A stretch of DNA of 63,616 nt, the filler included, from Basidiobolus ranarum (taxonomy: Eukaryota), in NCBI GenBank assembly GCA_040143965.1. It is 8 parts of 8 records of this genome, joined end to end, with 100 filler letters (N's around TTAATTAATTAA, not from the genome) between each part and the next. Parts side by side here need not be neighbours in the genome. Positions count along the whole stretch, not along the records: positions 47,859 to 55,690 come from JASJQH010007931.1; positions 55,791 to 63,616 come from JASJQH010007932.1; 6 more parts are not named here. The stretch is one strand, 5' to 3'. Numbering within the stretch: the first letter of the stretch is position 1; every line of letters starts with the position of its first letter. Positions 49,290-61,930 of this stretch are shown piece after piece. Under the pieces are notes generated by a model. That model did no database searches. It saw nothing but the letters and a program-made list of their open reading frames with translations, and was not told the DNA's origin. The position numbers and the translations under genes were made by a program.

Positions 49290-51100
49290 TACTTGTACTG
49301 ATATTATGGGGGTTATTTTTGCTAGATTGGCATACCTGTTGAACAGAATTTCTCTGATATTGTGGAGGGTTTCCATATATCAAGTTTATCTATATAATCA
49401 TGAGTCTACAAGAGAGTCTTGTTGCTGAATAGAAGGTGCATGGCCTCCTACAGAAAAAGCTCAAATTTACCCATAAATCAGTGTGTCACAAAGATAGGTA
49501 TGTCACTAAATGGAAGAGGCATGGTCCCCAACACAAAACTTCAGGCCATGCAAGGACTTTTGAGATATGATGGCTGATTGTTGCTTAAGTCATGCTGCTT
49601 TTATAGGTTTGCTATTTGTAGTAACAGCCAAAAATGTGTTGCATTCATTTAAGCTTCCTACTGGTATGATGATATTATTTCTGTTGTCAAAATACATGTA
49701 TGAGTGGCTGCAGAAAGCTGTTAATATCACTGGGGGATTCTGGACCAGATATCGGTGAGAGTGCAATAATACTTGCACTTTGTAGTATTCTGTTAGTGGA
49801 AGGTTCAAATTGAGCCACTTTACTGGCCAACAGGCTTTGGCCATACTATATTTATTCAGAATTAAACCATCAGGTGGCAAAGCACAAGCATGAGCAAAGC
49901 ATTCTTCAAAAGAGCTCTACCACAGCATTCCTTGCTGGCTTGAGCATATGGCGAATACTGTACTAAACCCTTCTTCAATCATATCTGCAGTAATATACAC
50001 CTATTGATAAGTTCTGATGAAATCTGCAGAATGATGAAATTGGTACTGCATTAATATTTGCATGTTGGACTTTTTCAACTGGTGTGCTATGTTCTGGGAT
50101 TGCGTCAAGCTTTTTCTCTGGTACCTTTACATATGTATCAGGCTCTAGCAGCTTTTTTTCTGTAGCAGTGTGGAGAACTGAGGCAGTAGGTAAGCTTTGT
50201 GAGAGTTCCCTAGCTCCTTCCTTTTTCCCTTGACTTATCTCTATCAACCTCCTTATGCATACTGTCAAAACTGGCTTTGCATCAGCAGCTATATTGTCTT
50301 ATATAGCTTAGAGTTGGTTACATTACATTTTACCAACTTTTCACTCACAATCCCAATTAGGAGTTTGTTTAAGTATGTTTACCAACTTAGACGTTTGCAC
50401 ATATATTGCTTTCCTAACTTTTGCTAGAAGTCACTGCTTTTCCTATAAGATTTCTACTTATATGCACCACAGGCAATTAGGTTGTTGTTTAGGCATGACT
50501 ATTGCACATCTACTCTGCTCTGCTAGCCTGTTACAGAGATGTTTATAAGTATAGTGTGGGCTTGACTGCCAGCTGGCATGAAATTTGATGGAAGGAGCAG
50601 CATGTTACTGGAGCTTAAGGGTGCCTTACTGGAGATCTTATATTGTTGTTGACTGATTGTATACCTCTTTCCTAATTTCTTCTATATGCTGCCTTATCCA
50701 AGTTATTGCTGTACATATGTTGTTCATTACCTGCATAGCAACTGTATTTCTTCTGCAAGCAATGTTAAAAAACCATTAGTAAGTTCTACAATGGAATCCC
50801 ATCACATTTTAGTAGTAACTGACTTGGTTGGGAAGTAATGATTGCTTCTTGATGAGATGAGCAACAAGAGATTGGATAGTGCAATAAACATTGTTTAAAA
50901 GTTCACAAACTAAATCTTCTACTTTTGCTAATTTTTTCTCTTCCAGTTTACTGGCTTTTGCTTGGAAGCCAACTTGGGCTTATATTGCAGCTATTTTTTC
51001 CACAGCATTCAGTAGATACATTTTGTGTGACTTAATAGTTTTGAAACAACTTGATAAGCCAAAAATTCAATCTCCTTATGCCTGAATTCTGACACCATCA
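49290..51100 (-). mobile_element. Degenerate CACTA/EnSpm (Tnp2-like) transposase remnant
   Basis: Minus-strand fragments ALPPDGL, ACWPVKWLNLNLP and PISGPESPSDINSFLQPL (~49702-49755) match the Tnp2 consensus DGF / S.WPV...NLP / GP..P.DI..FL.PL. Many stops; boundaries approximate. Confidence 0.65.
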
Positions 51101-51229
51101 AAGAATCAGCTAATCCCTTTGATTTCATATGGTTAAGTTATGTGGATATCAGGTAAATAGCAACTCAGTATTTAGTAGTTATTTTACTTATGTTCAGCTT
51201 AAAGCCCAACTAAACAAAGACAGTATACT

Positions 51230-54200
51230 TGGGAGATTATTATGCTCAAGAGGTAGTTTGTCAGGGTATAGTTGTGCTCAATTCTGACTGAAAATCAGCT
51301 GCACCATCTCCACAATTTGATGATGTACTCTATGTATCAAATATAGCCAATGATCTACTCCCTAGAAGACAAGCAACAGCTCAAGGACTAAATATTTTGC
51401 TAAGTAAGGCTGGATGCACTATCATAGATCAGAATAATACCAAATCACCTACTTGAATAAAAACTCCAAACTTACACAAGCTAGGATTCAATATATTCCA
51501 TTCTGACCATGCAAATTTAGACAAAGCCAATGAAATAGGCTGTCAAATTACGGCATAGAAGATTAGGCCACATTGGAGAAACAAAACTGACCTCAAAGAT
51601 CCAAAATCAGCTTGTTTCAGGCTAAGATATTGAAAGTTTCACCAAATTAGATCTCTTTGAAGGTTGCATATATGGAAAATATCTGCAGAAATCAAACCCA
51701 CTCAGAATTTTGCCATGATTTATTCTGATTGTGCTAATAGGACCATAGTAGAGATGGCAAGAGCAATGTTACATAAGCAAAAGTTAGATTACCAATATTG
51801 GCCTGAATCTATCTACACTGCTTCCATATCAAAAACAGGATTGCTATGAGGTTTGACTCCTTTTGAAGCCCTATATGGAGCAAAGCCAGGTGTGTATCAT
51901 CACAGGATCCTTGGTTGCACAGTATATTCCCCAATTTCAGCTCACATACCCTCTAAATTGGAGCCCATATGCAGAAAATGCATATTTCTTGGTCCTGTTG
52001 TGGATCCAAGGCCAACAGTCTGCTTGATAATTAAAACAAGAACTTATTGCAGTACAGTTATATTTTTTTGAGGAAAAACAAATTTTTGACCTAAAGTCAC
52101 AGTAATTGACCAAGAAAGCACATTCAGCACTATGCAGGAAGTGTCTGAAAAAATTCCAGCTGTATTGGAGCCCAATTCAACTGAAATTAAAGCCACAATT
52201 ATACTGGAGGCTTGTTCAGCACTAACAAGATCATTGCAATGGAGGAACAAGCCAGTGAACTGGTGGAAAAGCTATAATGATGATGTCTATGCTTCTGCAG
52301 CATTCTGTGATGAGCCACAGACTCTTGATCAAGCTTTGGAGTGTCACAAATTAAAGTTACATGAACAAGCAACTTTGAGAGGTTTTTGTAACTACTGGAC
52401 ACTAGAACGTGGATTTTAAGTCCTCTACTATCAGAGAGAAAACTAATAAGTGGCATATGGGTCAATAAAGTCAAAAACTAAGCTGATGTAACCACTGAAA
52501 GATACAAAGCAAGATTAGTTGCAAAAGGTTTTTACCAGACTCCAGGAGTTGAGTTTGAAGAAACCTTTGCTTCAATAGTTGAATTAAGCTCCATTAGATC
52601 AATCCTGGCACTCTCAGCTGTCCACAATCTTGAATTAAATCAAAGAGATGTGAAAGTAGCATTTTCAAATGGAAATTTAGAAGAAGAGATCTATCTGGAG
52701 CAACCAGATGGATTAGTTGACCCAAAACACCCTGAAATGGTCTGTAAACTGCATAAATTGCTATATGGACTTAATCAAGCACCCAGGGCATAGTACAACA
52801 AGATAGATTAATATATAGAATCACTGGAATTCCAAGAATGCTTAGCACATCATAGTATTTACATGAAAACAGCAAGAAATAGGATCTTCATCTTTGCACT
52901 ACATATGGATGATCTGATCATGGCCACAAATGACCTGGGAGTACTATATATGATGAAACATAGCTTTCAAGCCAATTTCGGATGACCAATATGGGAGGAT
53001 CAAGTTACTTATTTTGGGAAAATATGGGCTGTGTGGAGGAACTTTAGAAAAGTGGAGTTGTGAATAGCTTTGTGAGAGAATTATTTATTGTCCAGAAATA
53101 AAGCATTTATACAATTTGGTGGAAATACAGAAAACTAACACTGGGATTGTGTTCAGACCATCTGTGGGAGTAAAATGAGCTAGCTTTGGGGCAATTTTGA
53201 TGAGTTTAAAATTTCCAATACGGAATTGCTACTTCTCACATTATTCACATATATATAATATATGTTCCAATATTCAGCTAAGTGATATTTGACTAAGTAA
53301 TGTTAACTAACTTAAATGTGATATATGATATAGTTAGATGTATAAAGATAGAGATAACAAATATGATAAAAATAATAAACTTCAACAATATAATTGAAAT
53401 CAAAATCAAGAGAGATAAACTCAATCAGAAAATCATGCTAAATCAGTCTAGATACATCCTAGGCATCCTAAAATGCTTTGACATGAAGAGTAGCAAACTT
53501 GTACCAGCAGCAATGGATCTCAATGTGAAATTAGTCATAATTTGATAGAGTTTAGACCTAAGGTGTCAAATCACAGCCTGGAGTTCCCTTAGCAATCCAC
53601 TCCTGATGCAACAAATTCTGAAGGATACAGTGATGCAGACTGGGGAAGAAGCTTTGATGATAGAAGATAAACAACTGGGTACACTTTCTCTATGGTAATT
53701 GAGCCATAACTTGGAATATTAAGAAGCAATCAACTATAGCACTTTCCACTGGAGAAGCAGAGTATATGGCTGCCTTTGCTATTACAAAAGAAGGTATATA
53801 GTTAAGGAAGTTATTTATAGACTTAGGTTATGTGCAAACACAAGTTATTACTGTACTTGAAGATAATCAGAGTTGTATTTTGTTAGCTAACAACCCTACA
53901 TTTCATGCTAGAACAAAATATATAGATTTTTGGCATCATTTTGTTAGTTTAATGTATACAATGGCTGGAACATGTCCAGACAATGCTCTGGCAATGGGTA
54001 CTGTCAACCAATATCTCAAAAATCCAGGATCTAAGCCTAAAACCCCAGTAAAAAGAATATTCAGGTATGTGAGAGGAACTGTAGTTTTAGTGCTGGAATA
54101 CTCTGGTACTCCTGATGTACAACATTTGTAAGGCTGTAGTGATATAGACTGATGAACAAACCTTGATGATAGCAGAACAACAATTGGCCTGCTATTTTGG

Positions 54201-54930
54201 TGATAAAGGAGCTATAACTTGCATTAGTAGGAGGCAACCAACCATAGCACTTTGCACTACAGAATCAGAGTATATGGCTGCTACTGCTATTACACAGATG
54301 CTCTCTTGTTAGGAAAGTGATTAAATGACTTAAGATATATGCAAAATGTGCTATTACTGAATTTAAAGAAAATCACAGTTATATTTCTTTAGCTAAGAAC
54401 TTGACATTTCATGCTAGAACAAAATATATAGATATTTGGCATCATCTTATTAGGGAAGCAATAGAGAATGATATAATTGAGCTTTTCTATTGCCCTACTG
54501 AAGAAATGATGGCTGATATGTTAACTAAATCTTTAGCTAAAGCACTATTTGAGTTATTAAGATTCAAGTTGGGTTTAAAAGAAATTTGAAATAATATGTT
54601 GAGTGGAAATGCTGAAACTGGGTAAATAGTAACCCACTATTTAGTAGTTAGTTTATTAATATTCAGATTGTTTAGCACTCAATTATGCCATTCAAAAATG
54701 TGTGTTTATTGCTCTGCTTCATAAAACATCAATTAGATCACTCTTACCTATTTTCACCATTTGCTCAAATCTTGTCAAAATCACCTCAAATTTTCACCCA
54801 TGCTTAACAAGCATGTTTGATATAATGTTAAACAACCATTAGTCCTATTTCATTATAAGCTCTAAATAGAACATATCTAATTTGATAAAACCTAAGTGTC
54901 TAATTGACAAATCCAAATCTGGTTGAAGCC
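51230..54930 (+). mobile_element. Decayed Ty1/copia element: pre-integrase, integrase, RT, RNase H, PPT and 3' LTR (family B from 54610)
   Basis: HRRLGHIG, ANRTIVEMARAML, TPFEALYG.KP, YKARLVAKGF.Q.PG..FEETFA, EDNQSCI..ANNPTFHARTKYID, YCPTEEMMADMLTKSL, in copia order (INT-RT-RH). Many stops and frameshifts. Confidence 0.92.
53010..53387 (-). mobile_element. ~380-bp insertion (probable solo LTR of a third family) splitting the copia RT
   Basis: RT similarity stops near 53010 and resumes at IEIKIKRD (~53393). The insert ends in TTCAACA. No clear TSD. Confidence 0.5.
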
Positions 54931-55790
54931 GGTGCCAGGCCCTCGACACACTTGTGTCAGGGCAAGCAATGCAAAACCCATGAGCACAGAGATATGAGCT
55001 CAGTATTGGGTGGTCACTGCTGTCTGAACCTTACATACTCTACCAAACTACATCCAGAACATATCGTGCAAATTATTGTGAACTATTGCTCATGTAGCAA
55101 AGTTTAATTGAATTAGACTGCTATATACAATTTCTGCTACATATCAGTTTTTGGATTAAATTGGTATTGAACAAACTTTTTGAGCAGTGAGCTTGCTGAG
55201 GAGAGCTATATGGAACAGCTCAATGGATATGTGCATCTAGAAAATTCTATAAAAGTTGCAGATTGTGGAAAATACTCTCCAGCTTAAAACAATCTCTCAG
55301 AGCTTGAAAAGCAGGATGTATGCTTCTTTGGGAGCACTTATGTTCCAAAGAGTAATGTTAATCATAGTATTAACTTCTGGCCAGATATGCCAAATCCAGT
55401 TTGATCAGGTTTATATGTAGATCCCTTAATTATAGATACTAATGGACTTGTTTTCTATGATAGTGGCAGATTTTGCTGCATATGTCATATTAGATAGAGT
55501 TTCTAAAAATCAAGCAGCAGATTTTGGCAATATTTAGCACCCTCTGGCATGATCAGTGTCATGATTCCAATCTTGGCATACTCATCCACTGCAAATAGGA
55601 CTCTTCTATTATTAGATTGTGACATCATATCTGCTGTGCCATCCCTTCTTGGCATTCTTGTGTGAGTTCATCCAGGTTACCTTATGTGGANNNNNNNNNN
55701 NNNNNNNNNNNNNNNNNNNNNNNNNNNNNNNNNNTTAATTAATTAANNNNNNNNNNNNNNNNNNNNNNNNNNNNNNNNNNNNNNNNNNNN

Positions 55791-56072
55791 ATAACGAGCA
55801 CGAGGGTAGTTTTGTTGGCCATGTCTACCAGTCAGACCTCTTTCATACTCATTCTCCTGTTCATCTTCCTCATATTGGCGACCATAACGAGCACGAGGGT
55901 AGTTTTGTTGGCCACGTCTACCGGCCAAACCTCTCTCATATTCATTCTCTTGCTCATCTTCATATTGGCGGCCATAACGAGTGCGAGGGTAGTTTTGTTG
56001 GCCACGTCTTTCAGAGATAGTACCATTACTTTCTTTGCCACTTGAAGATAAAGGCTGTTTGTTGTAAGACAT
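55791..56072 (-). CDS. Hydrophilic tandem-repeat protein (30-31-aa unit RGQQNYPRARYGRQYEEDEQENEYERGLAG), 3' end lost in gap
   Basis: ATG at 56072, TATAAAAA on the minus strand ~65 bp upstream, and ~2.5 visible copies of a 90/93-bp unit. Confidence 0.65.
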
Positions 56073-57164
56073 ATTAGAGTGGAGATACTTCTGTGTTAGT
56101 AGTCAGATACGATTATCTGCTGCTCTACTGAGGGCTTTTTATAATAAAAATGTAGTTTTCTTATGGCTTCTCTCATATCTGAGCCAAGCCACCATATGTA
56201 ATTCGCAATACCCTCTTATTGTTTGCGAATGATAATTTTGAATTTCAGGACCAATTTTAGATTAAAACCTGTATATAACACTCTCCAAGTGCGCGTCTTT
56301 TTCAAATATTAAGATCAATATTCATCATTTGGTTGACTCAGCCACAATTTGATCTCGGTTATTAATAGGATAGCAATTTCAGCAGTTTGGTATTATTATC
56401 ATGTATCTCACCTGATTACTATATGGCTAGTATTAAACAGCACTCTTAAGTGATTTCAATGCTATATAAGTTTCTTTACCAAATGAGTGAGTGTTGTTTT
56501 GGCGAAATTGATATAGATTGAAATCGGTTGAATCCCCAGTTAAAAAATCGCATCTCGATAGGTAAATTTCTTCGCTCAAGATGTTTGATCTGTCATCCTG
56601 CTAAACAGTAAAGATTTGAAGTATAAAGAAAGGGTATCTTTTGTTTTTTCCATCCCCAAAAAACCATGTGTATAGTCTTTAGGATATTTAACGATCTTAT
56701 GACCTTAGGGTTAGGGTTAGTGTTAGTGATTTGAGGTCAACACATTGAAATTTTACTAGTTTAAGACAGTAGGGTTATAAGAGAAGCTTTCGCTTTAGTT
56801 GACGTTGACGAAGTGGTTTTCTATAAACCCTTAGACAAGAATTAAAGGATATGGATAGTAGTGAGCTAATGCTCATAGAATGTATAGAAAACGATTTGTC
56901 AAAAAAGAACATAACCTCTATTGCAATTTGACTTGTGCAACTTTCGAACCTTATCTACTATATATAAAAAGGTTAAAAAATTTGGGATTCTCAATACAAA
57001 CTGGACTTTAAAATTGTTTAGAAAACAATTGATAGTACGTAGCTTCTAGTGAGTGTGTGTTCCATTCAATGACGGAACATTGCATTTAATGACAGTATAG
57101 CACTTTAATGGCTTTTCAACTAGGAATATCAGCAGGATGAGAGGAATCAAGCACGAGATCATTA

Positions 57165-57735
57165 CTACATAAAATGACTTCGTACTCGTGTACCAAGTCC
57201 ACATTTTTCGTATACCATATCAATAGCCACCACATCAATGGCCACCACATCAATGGCCACCATAGAATTTAAAAAGTCTTCTTCATTAACGCCGCTATTC
57301 TCATCATATTCCAGAAGGGGTCGCTTGTATCTTTGAGAATTCCTCTTCAAGACCCTCTTTACTTAGTGCGCACTTTATATACGATGTCTTACCATTACCA
57401 AAATCGCGGTCAACCTCGAGTTCATTATCAACTTTTTCATGACTATCTGGTAAAGGTATGTTTTTAGCATTTGTATAAGCAATAGGCTCTGCAGCAAGAA
57501 AATATCGTGCGGCGGACAATACGCAGCCCAGGTCCTTCAAAGCTCCACCAGCTATCATAGACTTTGGGAATACCCCATTCCTTTGCGTATATAGTTGATC
57601 TGTTTATATCACGAGCAGCAATAACTACTGAAGACATTGACCTTGCTGGGTGGATTATGGCATTGGGAACAATGTGTGACGCGCTTAGAAGGCCAACACA
57701 AAGAGCATCCGAAATTATTTGGAATTTAAATAGTG
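57165..57735 (-). pseudogene. Internally deleted Gfo/Idh/MocA-family oxidoreductase pseudogene
   Basis: Three frames give VGLLSASHIVPNAIIHPAR...AARDINRSTIYAKEWGIPKVYDS (N-terminus), AGGALKDLGC..SAARY..AEP...VD (C-domain) and IDMVYEKCGL (C-terminus). The central region is absent. Confidence 0.7.
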
Positions 57736-59341
57736 CATAGAATGTTGCGTGCTTACATATTTCAGAACATTCACAAAGAAGCTAAAATCATCTCCAAAGC
57801 TTTGAACAAGTAAAAATCCAATAATACCTTATTGAAGGCTAGAATCACTTGAGGCTCATGCTCTAGCTTCCAGACATTCGAGGGCTGGTCCGCAAATGCA
57901 GGAATGCCCAAAATCAGAGTTCCAGCCTCCATGGCTTCATGAATGGATCCTAGACCGCTTAGGCTTGACCGCTTACGGCTTGACTGTTGTTAAGCTACCA
58001 AAGCTAACGAAAGGTATAACACCTGAATACTTTGATTCTCCGCTCACAGCTTGGGCCTCTCGTGTATTCTTTCTCCAGTGGTAAGATAAATTTCTCATAC
58101 AATCGCTCCCAGAATGATGCGTTTTCTAGTGTAACTTTAGGGGGGCTTCGAGGATACGGCAAATAGGGGAGATTATCCAAGTCGCGCACATCAAGCGAGG
58201 GCTGTACAATTTTGCATGGTACTCCAAATTTACAATCTACAGGAATGAAATCAACTGACAATCAGTCAATTTCAATAGAGGATGTGAAGTGCAGTCGACG
58301 CCTGAAAATGACCACGATACAGCCAACACCAAGTGAACCACTTGAGAAACAGTCGTAACTCCACCTGAGTAAGATCAGGAGGGAATAACTTGAAATTGAG
58401 CCAGTAACTCCGCCTGATTAAGCTCATTATGAACTGACAATTCTAGAATTCGACTCATCCCCTACTGCAGTCTCACAATTATCTCTATCACCTTCTTCCG
58501 CACTAGAAGGTTTTAACATTCAAGGCCTGGCTTGCGCAGACAAAAAAAGAATCTTACAACTGGAATGCATAAGATCAAAGCCACACCAAGTAATGTACGA
58601 ACATTCTCAGAGGTAACTAATATAGCAACATTTGAGAGCACTGTACCTACTGACAATCTGGGAGATAAGGATCAATCTGTACTTTCACTTAGGCTAACCC
58701 TTTCGCCCCACACTATTAGTCTCCACATTCCAGCTAATGAACGACAGCTAATAAACGAATACTTTCCATATATCGGAAAAGCATTCCTTTAGGCTTGGTG
58801 AAATTAAAATAGAATTGAAGGATATGTTTATGCAACAATAGCATTATCTCAATATCCAATTCCCAACCGTGTATTCACTGGGAAGAAACATTCTCCTCCT
58901 GAAAATCTTGTAAGTACATAATGTTTAACAACTACTTCCAATCCATTAAATGTGTAACACCAATAGAAAATGAACAATAAAGCTCTTTTGCGTCATGCAG
59001 ATTCATATTGTTCATTGAGCAGGATGGACTGTCATATGCTGATCGCTCGATATCACAATCTTTATTCGTTAGTGATGCACTCATCGGAGCAAGGGGTGAA
59101 CGTTACTGTGAAGACACCCTATTTGCTGGCTGCTTATAAATACTAATTTTCGACTTCGAAGAGTGTAGGTGAGGCATAAAAGGGACCTCTATCTTGTTTC
59201 TATTCTCATCACTGTCTTTGTCTTTCGCTTCCCATTTTATTTGCTCCATCAACGATCGAAAAGTTTTCCCGTTGCAACTTCCTGCATTTCTTCACTCTTA
59301 TATTTTCCGCGAAACCAAGTTCTAATCGATCTCTTACAAGA

Positions 59342-61248
59342 ATGACCGAGGCAATTGCAGCCAAGGCCAACTCTCCTGAGGTGGAGCTGGCATACGTGCA
59401 GTCCGTAGAAGCATCAGCAGTCCCCTGGTACAAGAGGCTGAGCCAGACAAAAGGCCTACTCCTATTCCTGATCAGTTTGGCGCAGATGTTGGATATCATA
59501 AACGTCGCTTCCGTCACTATAGCCCTTCCCTCTATCCTTCGTGATGTTCACTACGAACCGTATCAATTACAATGGTAACTCATTCTACAGTGGATTTATC
59601 AATATGCTCCTTCCATAAACCCACATATTTCTGTCTCCACATAGGGTTGTAAGCAGTTATGCGCTAACATATTCAGCCGTCCTTTTGGTCGGTGGTCGCA
59701 TGGTAAGTCCTCGCAAATAACTAAAGAGTATTTGCGTTCATCGAAGAGCAAGTCTGATAATTCCAACATATAATTGACCATTTTCATTCACTGTCGTATA
59801 GGGAGACCTATTTGGTCATCGTCGGGTATTCCTGACGGGCACAGCTTGGTTCTCAGCATGGTCCTTGGTATGTGGGCTAGCGCGGAACCCTATTTTCATG
59901 TCTGTAGCTCGAGGTTTGCAAGGTGCTGGAGCTGGTCTTACAATGTAAGTAGTTCGGCCATTTTGCCAGTACAGAAACGAGATATTCGACATACAAAAGG
60001 AATAGAAATAATGCTAACCACTTTTACTTTTTCATCAGTCCTTCTGCACTTGCCCTGCTAACCACCACTTATCCTCCTGGTCCTGAGCGCACATTTGCTC
60101 TCTCTATATTTGGTGGTGCATGCTGCATTGGCCAGACCGTTGGAGTCCTCCTGGGAGGCATCTTTGATGCGACAATCGGATGGTACTGGATATTCTTCGT
60201 CACCGCTATAATCTCGACGACTCTCTGCATCGCCGGTTACTTTGTGATCTCCAAAGGAAACAGCAGCCCGTCGTTGGCGGACCGCCGTGTTGACTACGTC
60301 GGTGTTTCTCTCTTCATGCTCGGCATCATCGCCGTTATTTATTACCTATCCGAGTCTACAAATTCAGGTTGGGGTTCTGCCAAAGTGCTTCCTCCTTTCC
60401 TGATAGGGCTTGTGCTCTTAATCGGGTTTATTTTTTGGGAAAGACGTATCGAGTACCCGGTCATGCCTTTCCGCATTTGGCGATCCCGTCGCTTCTTTTC
60501 CAGTGTCATCATCATGCTCTGCATCTCGGCCACTTATAATACCATGCTCTTCTTCACGTCCTTGACCTTCCAGAATGTGCTCCGCTACTCACCTCTGATC
60601 ACCGCATGCTGTTACATCGTTCACGGTGTAGGCTTGGTCATTGGACTCTATACCTTGACCAGACTGTTCGTGTTCATAAGGACAAAGTTCATCACGTTGA
60701 TCGGATGGTGCTTTATCATCACCTCATCCATTATCTTTGCGCTGATCGTTCCTGGTGCCACTTACTGGCACTACGCCTTCCCTGCTCTGATCGTCAACTG
60801 TATCGGGCTCGCACTCACGTGGATGTGCTGTCAAGTTAACGCTGTTGCTGACGCGAATGACGAGGACCAGGGTGTCGTAGGTGCGGTCTTTAATGTTGCC
60901 ATACAGATTGGAGGGCCTATTGGGTTATCCATAGCCACAATTATATCTCAGATATATGAGGGTCACAGTGGTGGGCCCGAGGCGCTGATGAGCGGATACA
61001 AAGCAGCGTTCTACACTTTTGGCGTATTTGGTGGTGTTGGCCTCTTGTTGACAGTGATTTTGGCCTCAAACAGCGACCCGATCGAACTCTCCGGCCTGGC
61101 CCCAGAGCAGATGAATGCGGACGTTGAGAAGGGTGTTTCCGATAGCAACCACGTCTCGATCCTGAAAGGTGACAAGGCTGTGGTTGTCGAGCAGAAAGTT
61201 GTGAAGGGAGAGGAAGAAATTGAAGAGGCAGAGTCGGGCAGTCGTTGA
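59342..61248 (+). CDS. MFS drug:H+ antiporter, DHA2 (14-TM, ATR1-like)
   Basis: Exons 59342-59574, 59645-59702, 59802-59944 and 60039-61248. LAQMLDIINVASVTIALPSI, WVVSSYAL, GGRMGDLFGHRR, RGLQGAGAG and DYVGV motifs. Confidence 0.92.
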
Positions 61249-61930
61249 CATTCTTTAATTAATATTGTGAGAACTCTGTGTCAGTTCATTGTAAAAGTAA
61301 CTTGATGTACAAAATTTGAACAACACGCATATATTCACTTTATTGATAAGCCGGCAGATCGGTAAGTTGTCAACTATTTGCTCATATACCCTAGTCTACT
61401 TGAGGTCGGGCGAGGTTCATCTTGTATTTACTATTTTAAGCAATATATTAAAGCCATACTTCTTAAGGCTGTAATTACATATTTCAATCGGTGAGAGATC
61501 ATCGCCTATATTTATATATCTTGTGTTTCAATGCCAATATCAATTATACCGAAGAGGTTTATAATATGAATCGAATATGAATCGCAATAGAAGCACGATT
61601 TATTTCATATACTAATCTGATAATTTTGCAAACCAAAGATACAGGAATTTGTGACAATATTCAGTAATTAGGGATACATACATTTCATATTCACTCAACT
61701 TTCTTTCAAATATCGCAGTTGAAATAACCTGAGTAAACCTGGGTATCTTATAAATCATATAGGCTGAACAAGAATGTTGGAGGATATGAAAGGTAAAACT
61801 CCATGAAAATCTTTATTTGAATTTTCTCTTTACGTTCCAGTTCTATCGGATTATGTAGCTTAGATTTATATAACTTATAATGAATCATGTACGCCAAGTT
61901 ATGGATATTAAAGTATGTATCACGCCAAGA

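Noticed and set aside
7909-55790. Regularly spaced TTAATTAATTAA motifs, and apparent gene clusters spanning them
   Set aside because: Artificial linkers between size-sorted contigs; adjacency across them has no biological meaning.
56705-56728. TTAGGG TTAGGG TTAGTG TTAGTG telomere-like run
   Set aside because: Only two perfect units and internal to a contig; too short to call telomeric.
57660-57720. ASHIVP read as an HNH/Crinkler nuclease motif
   Set aside because: The surrounding sequence fits the Rossmann N-terminus of Gfo/Idh/MocA oxidoreductases much better.
57896-58792. Short ORFs between the oxidoreductase pseudogene and the MFS gene
   Set aside because: No recognisable motifs or consistent exon structure.
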